From: Blastocladiella emersonii ATCC 22665
Taxonomy: Eukaryota > Fungi > Blastocladiomycota
Direction of reading: 5' to 3'
NCBI GenBank assembly: GCA_025594325.1
Contig: JANHCV010000002.1
Location: forward strand, 992,001-1,056,000
DNA length: 64,000 nt
The notes under the pieces: model-generated
The model's input: the letters and a program-made list of their open reading frames with translations, nothing else
The model's database searches: none
Told to the model about the DNA's origin: nothing
Part shown: piece by piece, positions 46,143-59,000 of the stretch
Numbering within the stretch: position 1 is the stretch's first letter
How the letters are laid out: each line of letters starts with the position of its first letter
Program-made: the position numbers and the translations under genes

Positions 46143-47703
46143 TGCGGCGGCTGCTGCGGCTGCGGTGGAGGTGGTGCGCGCAGAGCAGAGCAGAGGTGGG
46201 AGCGCGGGCGCGCAGCGGGCAGAGTGCGGTGATTTTGCGGGTGGGCGATTGCGGGCAGAGGCGGTCGGGCGGGAGCGAAGAGGAGGGGGCGTGGGCGGGG
46301 GCGGGGGCGGGGGCGCGGTCGGCCGTCGGGCGGGTCGCGAAGCACAGCGCAGCGCAGCACGTTCGTGGGCTCGCGCGGCTGCTCGCGCGGTCTGGATTGC
46401 GGGAGATGGGCCCGTGTGTGCCGTTGCAGCAAGTTGAAGGGCCGCGCGAGGGAGAGGAGGGAACAGCGAGCGGGACGACGGAGGCTGCGCGCGCACACGC
46501 TCGGCGTTCGTTCCGCCCACATCAGCGTTCGCCACGGCCAACCGCTGCTGCTCCCCGCTGATCGATACGGCCATCCCGACACGCGCCGAGCATGCGGCCG
46601 AGCGCGCGCCCACCAGCGCTCTGCGCCGGCTGTGAGACACGGCGCCTCTCGCGGCGCTGTCGTGCGCGACATCATGCCGCAGCTGGACGGCGACCCTGGG
46701 CGACGTGCGCGACGGCGAGCGCGGCGGCAACGCCGGGTGACGCACGCGCGAGTCGAGGGGAACGCGGCGCCGGGACCGCGTCGTCAGGCCGCGCCACCGA
46801 GCGGCCCCCGAGTCCAGGCCCGACGCGCGACCACCTCCTCTCCTGAACGCTAACCGCCGCTGTCCCTTGGCCAGGGGTGGCCGGAGCAAGGCGCGCCGCC
46901 CCCGTGCGGTCACATGGCTGTGAGACGATGTCTCCCCGGCCAAGGGAACTAAATGCCCCGGCCGACGCGCGTCGGGAAAAGGCGTGACGGCACACGTGAC
47001 CGCCCGCCTCGGCGCCAGCCGGCGTTGCTGCAGCGCGCACGCTGCCTTCTCGCTCTCGCTCTCTCCTGCCCTGCCCTGCCCGCCGTGCGAACGCTCCCGT
47101 TCTCCTCACCGGAGCCTTCTCGCGAGCTGCTCGCTGCGAATCGACGCCCCGTTGTCCGCCCTCGCGTGCATCGCCGCCTCGTGCCCCTTGAGCGCTGCGC
47201 GGTTCGTGTGCCCTCCGCGCGACCGCTGTCTCCATTGGCGAGCGGCCTCGACTCGACTTCTGTCAGCCGGCTCGTCCATCGGTACCAATCGCGTCTACAA
47301 CGCGCTTGAACGAATCGTCAATCTCGGTCGCATGTACGTCCGCTTCGTCCCCCCTCGACTCGCCGCCGTGCAGGGACCGCCATCCCTCCCATCCCCTTCT
47401 TCGATCCTCGCCGTCACCCAGTTTCGTCGCTCGAAGCACGATTGCTCTCCAGGGGCTACTCGGAGCGCGAAGCATCCTGGAACGGGCCCGCGCCTCGCGC
47501 CAGTGGCCGCGACCGCAACCGCGCCCCCGCGCGCGAGCGAGAGCGACCCCGATCCGTTCCATGCCTTGCCTTCGTTGCGCCTGCGTGACGCATCCCGCTC
47601 GAGCCCTGGCCCTGACTGCTGCTCGCGTACTGACGGCCGACCCCTGCGCCACCTTCTCCTCCCTCCCTCGCTTCTCTCTTTCCCACAGCCCTCGATCACT
47701 ACC

Positions 47704-50700
47704 ATGCAGCAGCAGCAGCAACAGCAGCCGCAACCACAACAACAACCTCAGCAGCAGCAGCAGCAGCCGTCGGCCCAGCCGCAGCAGCCCGTCCAGCAAC
47801 AAGCGCCGCAGTCGCAGCAGCCGATCGTGCTCCCGCCCATGAACGTCAACGCGCCGCCATCCTCCTCGGCCTCGGCCGCGGCCGCGCCGGCGCCAACGGC
47901 AGCTGCTGCCAAGCCCGCCACGGCGCCCGCTGCTCCGAAGCCTGCCGCGATCCCCACAGGCTCCATGTCGTCTTCGTCGTCGGCCTCGGCCTCGGCCGAT
48001 CCGGCTGCCCAGCGCGTGCCCTCGGCGTCGCCCGCTCCCGCTGCTGCCGCCAAGCCGAGTACCGCTGCCCCCGCCCAGCAGCACCGTCCGGCACCTGCAC
48101 CAGCAGCTGCCCCTGCCCGCGCACCGACCACGGCGACGGCAGCGGCACCAGCGACCACGGCCGCGACCCCCGCCGCCGCCGCCGATGAGCCCGAGCGTGC
48201 CCTCAACGTCTCGGACGCGCTGTCGTACCTCGAGGAGGTCAAGCGCCAGTTTGCCACCGACTCGGTCAAGTACACGCAGTTCCTCGACATCATGAAGGAG
48301 TTCAAGGCCCTCACGTACGCTTCGATCTCCGCCCCTTCTCCTTTCCCGACCGCTCACATCCCTCCAACGCAGGATCGGCACGCCCGAGGTCATCGCCCGC
48401 GTCTCGGCCGTCTTCCGCGGCTACCCGCGCCTCATCCTCGGCTTCAACACCTTCCTGCCCAACGGCTTCCGCATCGAGATGACGGGCAACCCCAACTCGC
48501 CCGTCCGCGTCATCACCCCCGAGGGCATCTCGACCCCGCAGGACCCCGTCGTCGCCGCGGCTTCCTCGGCTTCCGCCGCGTCCAAGCCGGCCGCGAGCGC
48601 TTCAGCTGCTCCCGCGCCCGTCGAGGCCAAGGCGCCCGTCGCGGCGGCACCGGCAGCGCCAGCTGCTCCGGCCCAGTCGGCTCGCCCGAACCAGCAGCAG
48701 CCCGCGGCTCAGCCTGCTCGTCCCGCGCCGGCTGCCCGCCCCGCAGCACAGCAGCCGCAGCAGCAGCCGCCCGCCCAGCAGCAGCAGCAACCGCCCGTGG
48801 CCCGCCCGGCTCAGCAGTCCTCGGCTCCTGCCGCCGTACCGGCACCAGCTCGCACCGCGGCCCCGCCTGCTGCACCTCGCCCGACCGGCTCGGCCCCAGC
48901 TCCCGCCACGGCACGTCCAAGTTCGGGCTCGGACCACGCCTACCCCGAGGCACCAGCGCACGGCGCCGCGTACGCGCCTGCCGCCAAGCCGCCGACGGTC
49001 CCTGCACCCGCAACCGCCCCGGTCCCAGCACCGGCTCCTGCCGCCGCCGCCGCTCCTGCTCCGGCATCCACCATGTCGGCGCACGCGACGGCGCCGGCGG
49101 CGCCCGCAGCCGGCCCGGCCCCGGCCAACCACCTCGACCTCGGCCAGGCCGTCAACTACGTGAACAAGATCAAGCTGCACTTTATCCACCGCCCCGAGGT
49201 GTACCGCCAGTTCCTCGAGATCCTCACCAACTACCAGCAGGACTGCCGCCCCGTCGAGGAGGTCAACGAGCACGTCCAGGTCCTGTTCCGCGACGCGCCC
49301 CACCTCATCGACGAGTTCAAGCAGTTCCTGCCCTCGGCCAGCCGCCCCGCCGCCCCCGCGGCCCCGGCCGCGCCCGGTCGCGGTGGACCCGCCCCGGGTC
49401 GCGCGACGGGCGCCGCGGGTGCGCTCGCGGGATCGACAGCTGCCCGCGCACTGCAGAGTGCTGGCGCCGCCGCGTCATCGACCGATGCTGGCACCACGCT
49501 CTCCGTCTTCACGTCGCGCCCCGGTACCCCGCCCGGCGCCATGCCGCCCATGGGCGACCATTTCCCCGACACGTCGGCCGGCAAGGCCGCGGCCGCGGGC
49601 AACTCCAAGGCCGTGGCGTCCGCCTCCGCCGCCGTCCCCGGCGCGCCCGCGACCAAGAAGCGCCGCGTCGCGGCGAGCGAGGGCAAGGCCGCCGCGGGCG
49701 GCACCGCGAGCAAGAAGAAGGCGCGCACCGACGCCTCGGGCGCGTCCTCAACCGCCGGTGCCGCGGCCAACTCGGGCCCGCCGCCCATTGCCGCCGGCGA
49801 GGAGATGGAGCTGTTTGACCGCATCAAGAAGCGCATCAACTCGCCCGCCGTCTACGCCGAGTTCCTCAAGCTGCTCAACCTGTACGCGGCCGACACCATT
49901 TCGCTCGGCGAGCTCGTCGAGCGCGTCCAGGGGTTCCTCGGCCAGCGCGCGCCCGACCTGTTCAAGGCGTTCAAGGACCTGGTCCGGTACCCCGAGCACG
50001 CCGCTGCCGTTGCCGCGGGCACCGCTGACGGTGCGGCTGCCGCGGCGGCTGCCGGCAGCGCCCTCCCGCCGCTGCTCCTCAAGCCCGCCACGGCGCACAT
50101 GGACCCGGCGGGGATCGCGTGGGACGAGCCGTTCACGGGGTTCGCCAAGTACAACTGCCCGAACGGCATGGACACGTGGCAGCAGGTCGGCCCGTCGTAC
50201 CGGCGCATCCGGCGCGGCGTGCGCGTCGGCCAGTGCAGCGGCCGCGACGCCCTGTGCCGGTCGGTCCTCAACGACGAGTTTGTCTCGCACCCGCCCACCC
50301 ACAGCGACGCCAACGCCGAGGACCAGCTCAACGTGCACCGCCGCAACGCCCACGAGGAGCACATGTCCCGCGTCGAGGAGGAGCGGTACGAGTTCGATAT
50401 CAACATCGAGGCCAACGCCGCGTGCATCCGCCTCCTCGAGCCCATCGCCCTGTCGCTGTCGGTCATGCGCGAGGACGAGCGCCGCGCGTACCGCCTGCCG
50501 CGCGGCCTCGGGTCCAGCGCGCCGTCGATCCTGGATCGTATTCTCAAGAAGCTGTACGGCGAGAACGCGGCGCAGGTCGCCGACGGCCTGTGCAACTCGC
50601 CCGCGGTGGCCGTCCCGCTCGTCCTCAAGCGGCTCAAGCAAAAGGACGACGAGTGGCGGCGCCAGAAGCGCGAGTTCGCCAAGGTGTGGCGCGAGTCGGA

Positions 50701-52585
50701 CGCCAAGAACTTCTACAAGGCGCTCGACTACCAGGGCGCCGCGCTCAAGGCCAACGAGAAGAAGTTCTCGATCAAGACGCTCATCCAGGAGGTCGAGGCC
50801 GCGTACCTCGAGGCCAAGGAGAAGCGCGTCATTGCCAACGCCGCCGTCATCCACCACCTCGAGCTCCCCGTCGCCGACCGCTCGGTCCTCATCGACGTCT
50901 TCGACCTCCTCGCCAGCCTCAGCGACGGGCCCTTCAACAAGCTCCGCCCGTTCCTCGAGTCCTTCTTCTTCTCCGAGGTCGACCCCAACGCCGCCACCGC
51001 GGGTACCGTCACCGGCGCCATGGGGACCACGGTCACGGCGGGTAACGCCATGGCCGTCGACGGCGCCGCTGACGGTGCTGCGCCCGGGTCTGCGGCAGCT
51101 GCTGCGGCGGCGGCCGCGCGCCGCCGGTCGACGCGCAAGCAGGTCAAGCCCGCGTCGTCGGTGACGTGCTTCGGCAACAACAACATCTACCTGGTGATGC
51201 GGTTGGTGCACATGGTGTACACGCGGCTCGAGGCGCTCAAGCGGCGCGGGACCGAGCTCGCGCGGCAGACCGCCGGGTCGCTCTTGCGCGTCAACCCGAC
51301 GGCCATCGAGCTCGGGATGCAGGACCCGCCGACGGCCGAGCAGGAAGCGGCCGCGGCCAACCCGCTCAGCTACTACCCGACGACGCTGCGGCTGCTCGAG
51401 CAGTCCCTGCGCGGACGCCTCGAGACGACCAAGTTCGAGGAGGCGGTGCGCGGCATGTTCGGGACCGCCGCGTACACGGTCTTCGCCATGGACAAGACGG
51501 TGCAGGCCGCGCTCAAGCAGGTCAAGGATGCGGTCAACGACGCCAACACCAAGAAGCTCCTCGCCCTGTACTCGCCCACGGCCGCGCTCCGCGGCGGCAA
51601 CCGGTACCACCACGAGACGCTCACCCGGCTCGCCGCCGAGGATATCGTCGCCAAGACCAACCACAACAACCAGGACCACGTCTACCGCCTCGAGTACCAC
51701 CACCCGGTCCCCACCGCGGCGGCACCCTCCGCGTCGGGCCGCCGCGCTGGCCGGACCCACGCCGCAACCCCGCTCGGCGCCGCCGGCCCGCACGCCAACA
51801 GCTACGTCCTGACGGTCCAGCTGCTCTCGTCGCAGGATTTCGTCAACGGCGACGAGGCCAAGTGGTCGCAGTACGTCGAGCAGTACACGGGGTCCGGCGC
51901 CGTCGACACCGAGGGGTACCTGTTCTCGGCGTCGGGCGCGCCCACGGCCGCCGCGCGGTCCACGCGGTCACGCCGCAGCAACGAGCAGCAGCAGCCGGCG
52001 GGCGGCATGGTGTCGGGCGACGAGTCCGGTACCGGCGCAGCGCCGATCGCGGTCGCGCCGCCGTTCCTGCGCCGGTCGTGGCGCCAAGCGGTCCGCGGGC
52101 TCGAGCACCGCGCCGCCAAGGGCAAGCAGGACCACGTCGAGGCGCACGGCGGGCTGCAGCTCAAGATCTGCATCAACACGTACCGGCTGTTCTACATTGC
52201 CCAGACCGAGGACTCGTTTGTGCGCGTCCGGTCCGACACCCCCGCCCCGGCGCCCGCGCCCGCAGACCAGCCGCGGCTCGCCAAGCTCGCGGCGTGGTGG
52301 GAGGGCCCGCAGGGCTGGAACCGCGACGCGACGGGCGATGTCGGCGAGGTCGACCGCGCCCGCACCGACCGCGTCACCAAGTGGTTCCTCGGCATCGAGC
52401 CCGCGCGCCCGCGGTTCGCCACGACGCGCGACCCCGAGTCGGGTATCTACACGTCCCGCACCCGGGCCAACGGCGAGGACGCTAGCGTGCCCATGGACAC
52501 GGACCTGCCACCAGCACCAGCAGCGGGCACGGACGACGTCGAGCCCGTGCGCCGGCTGTTCCCGGGCTTCGCGCCGCGGAAATGA
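47704..52585 (+). CDS. SIN3: Sin3 co-repressor scaffold (PAH1-3, HDAC-interaction domain, Sin3_C); intron 48315-48372
   Basis: LNVSDALSYLEEVKRQF..YTQFLDIMKEFK/..LILGFNTFLP; PAH2 AVNYVNKIK..YRQFLEIL; PAH3; GPSYR..CSGRDALCRSVLND.FVSHP; EEERYEFD; LKRLKQKDDEWR; KALDYQG. Confidence 0.96.
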
Positions 52586-52660
52586 GTGATTGACTGAGAG
52601 AGAATGGAGGAGGAGGACGAAAGTTTTTGTGCCATGGATGAATGTGTTTTTTATCTACTA

Positions 52661-55600
52661 CTACTCGGTCTCGTCGTTGAGCGCGGCGATCCGCTCGCGG
52701 ACCTTGTCGAGCAGTAGCGTGCGGACCGCCGCGTCGTCGATGCGCGGCATCCGCAGCAGGAGCACGCGCATCGCTCGCGCACGCAGGTCGCTGCCCAGCG
52801 CGCTCACGACATGTACGTCCTCGTTGCCGTCCGCGCCGTCGAGCGACTCGCGGAGCAGCGTGAGCGCGACCGTCGTGGCGAACTCGGCCCGCGCATGCGC
52901 TGTTTGGTTCGAGGACGGAACAGCCGCGCCGGACGACGAGTCGCCATCGCCGCTTGCCGCCGCCGTCGCCACGGGCCGCATGTCCATCAACTCGGCGAGC
53001 GCGAAGCGGACCTTGTCCAGCAGCCCGCTCGCCAGCTGTTCCTCGGCGAACACGGCGACCTCGACGAGCCGCTCGACGCGGCCGCGTACCTCGGCCATCG
53101 TCGCCTCGCGCGCCGCAGGCCACCACGCGCTCACGGGTCTCTCGAGCGCGGCGAGCGCGTACACGTCCTCGAGAACGCGGCCCAGGACGTGATTCAGCGT
53201 GACGTCAGCGGCGCGAGATTCAGCGAACCCGCCGCCGAGCAGCGCGGCGAACCACGGCGAGACCGACGACCAGCATGCGCGGCAGCCCGTCACGCGGACA
53301 GCGTCGGCGCCCGTGACGGTGACCCAGCGCTGGCCGCCGAGCGCGGCGGTGTGGGCCGCGGGATCGCGGCAGCGGCGGTCGCCGTCGTGCACGGCCGCGG
53401 GCGATGGATCCTCGCCAGCGACGGGCAGAAGCGGCGGGAACGCGAGCAGCGCGAGCAGCGCGCACCCCGCACTCACGCCCGCCTCGTCCGGGTTGACGAG
53501 CAGCGGCCACGCGGGCCGGCGCACGGGCACGCGGTGGTGCGCCGGGACCGTGGCGGGATCCGGCGGCGTCCACGCGAGCGTCATGACGAGGCGCGCGAGC
53601 CAGGCCGACTTGCGCGCGAGCGTGACCTGGGTGTCGAACCACGCGAGGACAGGGCGCAGCCACGGCGACGGCGCGGATAGGTCGTCGCTCGCGTCGGCGA
53701 CCGCGGCGAGCACGGTTACGAGGGTCGGAACCACCTCGTCGACGATGCACGCGCGGAACCACGCGCCGACGGTGCGCCGCACGACGGGCTCGCGCGCGCG
53801 GTCGAACGGCGGGGCGAGGAGGGACCGCGCGAAGGCGTGGAACGTCGGCGCGCCGAGGCGGCGAGGAAATGATATGGTCTGGCTCATGGTCTCGAGCAGA
53901 GCGAGGGCCAGTGGCATCGACTTGGCGCGGTACGCCGCCTCGCTCGAGCGCAGGTCGCGGTCGGCGGGAATGAGGATGCGGCCGAGTAGCGGCACGAGGA
54001 GCGGTGCAAGGGCTGCGACGAGCGGCTCGAGGACCTCCAAGTCCTCAACGAAGGGGTTCACGAGCGGACCGATGAGCGAGAGAGCGGTGCGAACGGATCG
54101 AAACGAGGCGGACCGCTGCTGGTCTTCGGTGCCAAGTACGCGACGCGCAAGGGCGACGGCAAACCGCGTCCACGTTGGAACGATACGAGTCGCGTGTAAC
54201 TGCAGCCGCGCCATAGAGCTTCCCGTGATCAGACCACCGAGCTCAGCAATGAGCGCGACGACAGCGGGCGGCTCCTCGGGAACCGCAACCTGCTCGGCAA
54301 ACGCGACGAGCAGGCTCGCCAAGTGGTTCATCGTGATCGGGGTCGCGATCTGCCACACGGACATGCACAGCGAAAGAAACTTGAGCGCCTTGTGCCGGAG
54401 CGCGGACTTGGTCTCGGTCGGCGCCCTTCCGCCGTTGCGCGCGACCACGAGGCACGGCGCGCCGTCAGGGAGCGGGGCCGAGGTCACGGCGAAGCAGATG
54501 GACGCCGCGAGGCAACGCGCCAGGTCGCGGTACTGCGACTCGCCGTTGAGCTGTTCGAGAGCCCCGCGTAAGGCCACGGGACTCGGCGCGAGGATCAGAA
54601 AGAGGCGCAGCAGCTTGACCGCGAGGTCGTAGTCGAGCATGCTTGCAGCGGCCGCGGGATCAGCGGGCCACGCAAAGACCGAGCACCACGCGGTAATAAA
54701 TGGCGCGAGGGAGAAGAATGAGTTGTTCCAGACTTGTTGAACGGCTTTCGGGTCTCGCGTAAAGTGAGAGAGCAGGTCGACAGATGCGTGGAAGACGTCA
54801 AAGTACGCTCGGGTTGGCGGAGGTCCAAGGGCCTCGAGTATCTTGTCCGACTTGATCGCGCGTAGCACGGCATTTAGAATGCTGCTTTGATGTCGCGCGA
54901 AACTAGGAGATGCCGGCGAAACACAGTGCGTGAGAAGCTGGAGCATCGGCGCGAGTAGCTGGACAAGTTCGCGCGGCGCATTCGGGGAAGGGATGCTTTC
55001 CATGGTGTGCAGCCACCAGTTCGTAAACGGATCGTGGTCTAAGAGCGACTTGTTTGGGGTCGCGGTTGGACTGGCGGTAGTTGAGCTGCATAGGCGCGAA
55101 GCGAGCGTGATGAGCGTGTTGATGGCGGCACGTCTCGACTCTGGACTATGATCGACCAAAGCAGCTGGTGCGGCACCAATCAAGAGGTCCACAATGGTCG
55201 CGATCCGGTCAAATGAGGCAAGAACGGCTGCCGAGCTCGCGCTCCGCTCTAGCAGCTCAGCGACCATGCTGACCGCCGACTCCGTATTGTCGCGGCACCT
55301 TACCCAAAGCGACTCGATACAGCCGACGAGCCGCGTGAGCGCGTCGGGCGGAGCTGGACACGTCTCAAAGAGCGCAAGAAAGACGGCCGTGCTGCCGCAA
55401 GAACCAGTTTCCTCGAGCGCCGAGTCAATGGCCGAGAGCCAGACCGTTGTGGACGGCGTGTGCGATCCGAGAAAGCGACTCTTCCGCCAACCCGGGAGCA
55501 AGGCAAAGAGCCGAAGCAGCAAGTCAACGAGTCCCGCTTGGAACGCGCCGCTTTGCGTACACAGCGACCACGCCGCGATCCCGCCGTCAATGGCGAGCGG

Positions 55601-55744
55601 GACGATCGGCGGCATGTCGAACGATTGCCAAGGTTTCGACGAGGAATTCGAGAACTGAAGCAGTTGCTGGATGATGTGCTCAAGCTTGGGCGTGTGACGA
55701 GGGCTCGCAGCCCATTCCGTGCGCAACGACGCGACTTTATCCAT
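52661..55744 (-). CDS. Helical/ARM-like repeat protein with C-terminal BTB domain (ARMC5-like architecture)
   Basis: BTB-like VTVTGADAVRVTGCRACWSSVSPWFAALLGGGFAESRAADVTL..LVEVAVFAEEQL..GL; Leu-rich helical N-terminal two-thirds. Confidence 0.55.
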   Translation of the reverse strand: MDKVASLRTEWAASPRHTPKLEHIIQQLLQFSNSSSKPWQSFDMPPIVPLAIDGGIAAWSLCTQSGAFQAGLVDLLLRLFALLPGWRKSRFLGSHTPSTTVWLSAIDSALEETGSCGSTAVFLALFETCPAPPDALTRLVGCIESLWVRCRDNTESAVSMVAELLERSASSAAVLASFDRIATIVDLLIGAAPAALVDHSPESRRAAINTLITLASRLCSSTTASPTATPNKSLLDHDPFTNWWLHTMESIPSPNAPRELVQLLAPMLQLLTHCVSPASPSFARHQSSILNAVLRAIKSDKILEALGPPPTRAYFDVFHASVDLLSHFTRDPKAVQQVWNNSFFSLAPFITAWCSVFAWPADPAAAASMLDYDLAVKLLRLFLILAPSPVALRGALEQLNGESQYRDLARCLAASICFAVTSAPLPDGAPCLVVARNGGRAPTETKSALRHKALKFLSLCMSVWQIATPITMNHLASLLVAFAEQVAVPEEPPAVVALIAELGGLITGSSMARLQLHATRIVPTWTRFAVALARRVLGTEDQQRSASFRSVRTALSLIGPLVNPFVEDLEVLEPLVAALAPLLVPLLGRILIPADRDLRSSEAAYRAKSMPLALALLETMSQTISFPRRLGAPTFHAFARSLLAPPFDRAREPVVRRTVGAWFRACIVDEVVPTLVTVLAAVADASDDLSAPSPWLRPVLAWFDTQVTLARKSAWLARLVMTLAWTPPDPATVPAHHRVPVRRPAWPLLVNPDEAGVSAGCALLALLAFPPLLPVAGEDPSPAAVHDGDRRCRDPAAHTAALGGQRWVTVTGADAVRVTGCRACWSSVSPWFAALLGGGFAESRAADVTLNHVLGRVLEDVYALAALERPVSAWWPAAREATMAEVRGRVERLVEVAVFAEEQLASGLLDKVRFALAELMDMRPVATAAASGDGDSSSGAAVPSSNQTAHARAEFATTVALTLLRESLDGADGNEDVHVVSALGSDLRARAMRVLLLRMPRIDDAAVRTLLLDKVRERIAALNDETE

Positions 55745-56091
55745 GATCTCTACGCATAGTCGATTGATCTCGCCTAAGAGCGACTTGGTGTCAATCCGGA
55801 AGTCGGGATCAGCGAGAGTGCGTGTCGAGACGGACCGAGATCGACGCGCCGGCGCTTGGCTGTCCCGCGGCTCTCCTCACCATGTCCAGCAAGAGATTTC
55901 ATGACACCAGGCATCGGTGTTTCATTCAGTTGCATTGAGTGTAGTAACGGTTTGCTTCATGGGAGGCGGTAAGTTAGGGCGCGTGAGGGATCGCGCGCTG
56001 TCGCGACCATGGCCCTCTCTCACCTCCCTCCTCGCCGTGACTGCAGCACGATGTAAAGAAAAACGATTTTAATTCAAGTCGTGCCGATCAG

Positions 56092-59000
56092 CTAGACACC
56101 AGCATCAGCGGCGACCGCGCCCGAGATGGACCGGCGCATCGCCTGCGCCTCGGCCTGGCTCGCCAGGATCTGCTGCTTCCTCCGGATCAGCGACGGGTCG
56201 TTGTCGAGCTCGTGCCGCAGCGCCGAATAGTCGCGGAGCACGGCCGAGCTCGTAGTGGACCGTCCCGTCGAGTTGGTTTGAGGCGTGTTGGTCGTCGCAC
56301 TCGTGCTCGACGTCGTGTTGGCCGCCGACCTTGGCACGCTGGTCGCGGCCGACGAGTCGGTCGAGGGCTGGTTCACGGCGCCGGCGCCGGCGATGGCTGA
56401 TGTGCTGCGACTAAACCGAGGAGCGGGTGTCGAGTCGGGCAGACCGCCCCCGCCCGAAGGGCCGCCCGACGAGTTGGTCGACGGTTCACTCGAGAGCGCC
56501 ACGGTCGGCAGCACTGGAAGCGCGGGCGACGGCCGCCGCGAGCTGCTGCTGCTGGTCGACGAGGCGAGCGAGTCCATTTGGGCCCGTGTCCGCGCGAACG
56601 CCGAGGCGAACATCGCCTCGACCTTGGAGCCGCCACTGGCGCTACTGCTACTGGTGGCGGGACCCGAGACGGTGGCAGCAAACTCGCGGCGACGGCGCTC
56701 GACGGCGAGGGACTGCAGCTGCGACTTGGCGGCCGCGAGTTCCGCGTCCTTGCGCTGGGCCCGCGCGCGCTCCTCCTTGAGCACCACGTCGAGCTTGTTG
56801 CGCTCGTTGCGCAGCGTCTCGACCTGCTTCTGGTACTTGCGGATCGTCGCCTCGCACTGCGAGTGGTCCACCTCGGGCGAGGCGAGCGGTGCCGGCTGCG
56901 AAAGCGGACCAGCCGAGTCCCTCGGCACCCTCGTGGATGCCGCCGTCACCTGCTTGGCGGCAGTCGCCTCGACGGCAGCGAGCCGCTCGAGCGTGGCCTC
57001 GTACCGCCCGCGCAGCTGGTCGAGCGAGCCCGTGAGCTGCACGATGCGGTGGTCGCGCATGCGGATCTCCATGTGCAGCTGGTCGACGGCGCCCTGCATG
57101 ACCTGCTGCGTCTCAGACTTGCCGTCGAGCTGGGCGAGCAACTTCTTGTAGTTGATCATGGTCTGCTGGCGGTCGTGGTCGGCCCGCCGCATCGACTCGT
57201 GCTGCTCGTGGACCTGCGACTGCAGCTGCTGGATCGTGGCCGTGAGCTGCGCGCGCTCGGCCGCAGCGTCCTCGAGCTCCGAGTTGAGCAGCTGGTTCTC
57301 CTTGATGAGCGACGTCAGGTCCGTCGCCACGTTGTTGACCTCGATCGTCATGTTCTACACGTACACCGTAAGTTCGCTACCCGCGGCCTGACACGCGGGA
57401 GACCATGATCGTACCTTCTTCTCGAGCTCGACCTCCTGCAGCTGCTGGTGCAACCGGTTGACCTGGGCGAGCCGCTGGCTGACGACGTTGTTGGCCTCGT
57501 TGAGGTGGCCCTGGAGCTGCGCGACCTCGGACCGCAGCTGGGCGGCCTCGGCGTGCAGGTGCTGGAGCTCGCCCGCGTCGCGGAGCAGGCGGTCGCCCGT
57601 CTTCTTGGCCTCAGCGAGCTCGTGCGCCTGCTGCTGCAGGATCGCGAGCTGCTGCTGGACCGTGGTGTTGACCTGGGTCAGCGACGACTGGAGGATCGCG
57701 ACCTGGCGCTCGGACGCGACGAGCTTGGCGTTGACCTCGCCGTACGCCGTGGCCTTGGCCTCCCAGTCGCGCGTGCGGTCGAGCAGCTGCGACAGCTCCT
57801 GCTGCAGGCGCGCCGACTCCTGCGCGTGCGCGAGGACCTCGAGCTGCTTGGCGGAGCACGATGAGCACGACGCAACGTGCTGCGGCGCGGGCTCGGCCGT
57901 CTGCGCGGACGCGTCGGCGGCGGGCGTGTCGGCGTCGCGGTCGAGCAGCTGGAGGTACAGGGACTCGAAGTTGTTGCGCTCCTCGACGACGGTGGCGATC
58001 TGCTGCGACAGCGTCTGCGTGGCCTCGTCGAGCGACCGCAGGTCGACGAGCAGCGCGTCGCGCGCCTCGGTCACCTGGCGCAGCTCGTCCGACGTGGCGT
58101 CGCGCGCGCGTTCGAGCTCGCGGATCCGGCCCATGTACGCCTGCATCTGGTCCTCGAGGTCCTGCTGGTCGGCCTTGAGCTTGTTGAGCTGGTTGAGCTG
58201 CGCGGTCGCCTCGCGCAGCTTCTCGCGAGTCTCGGCGAGCTCCCGCTCAATCGCCCACTGCACGACAGGTGGCGGATGCGAGGACGGCGGAGGAACGCCG
58301 GAAGTCGCCTCAGCGGCGGTCGGTGGTGGTGGTGACACCGGCGTGGACTCGGGCGCAGCTGGTGGTTGCTGAGTTGATGGCGCTGGTGGCGGAGCGGTAG
58401 TCGCAGGCGGAACCGTCGCAGGAACAGTGGCGGCGCTCGCGGCGGGTTGCGGATTCGAGGGCTTGGCGGCGAGGAGCTTCTCGTACTCGAGCGCCAGCTC
58501 CTCGTTCGTCTGGTTGGACGTCTTGAGCAGCTCGCGCAGGGCCTCGACTTCGTCGTAGACGGCCTGGTGCGAGAGGTAGTCCGAGTTTTCGCACAGGGCG
58601 AGGTAGCGCGCCTCGAGCTCGGCCAGCTCCCGCGTGAGGCGGGCGTTGTGATTGCGCGCCTCGTCTAGCTCGCGGTCGTTCGACTGACCCTTGTTCTCGA
58701 GTTTCTACGCGGTTGCGGAGGGTCAGCTCGACGCTGCGTACGACCCACGGACAGCATACACGCGCACCTGCTCGAGATCCTGGATTTGCTGCTGCAAAAA
58801 GTCGATCTGGGCCTCGAGGCGCTGCTCGCGGCCGGCGCGCTCCGGGTTCTTGGCCGACTGCATCAGCGACGAGAGGCGGTGGATCTCGGCCTCGCGGGTG
58901 CTCAGCTGCGCCTTGAGCTCGCCGATCTGCATCTCGAGGTCGGCGTTGCGCATCTCGAGGTCCTCGACCTGGGCGCGCTGCTCGCGGGCCTGCGCCTCGG

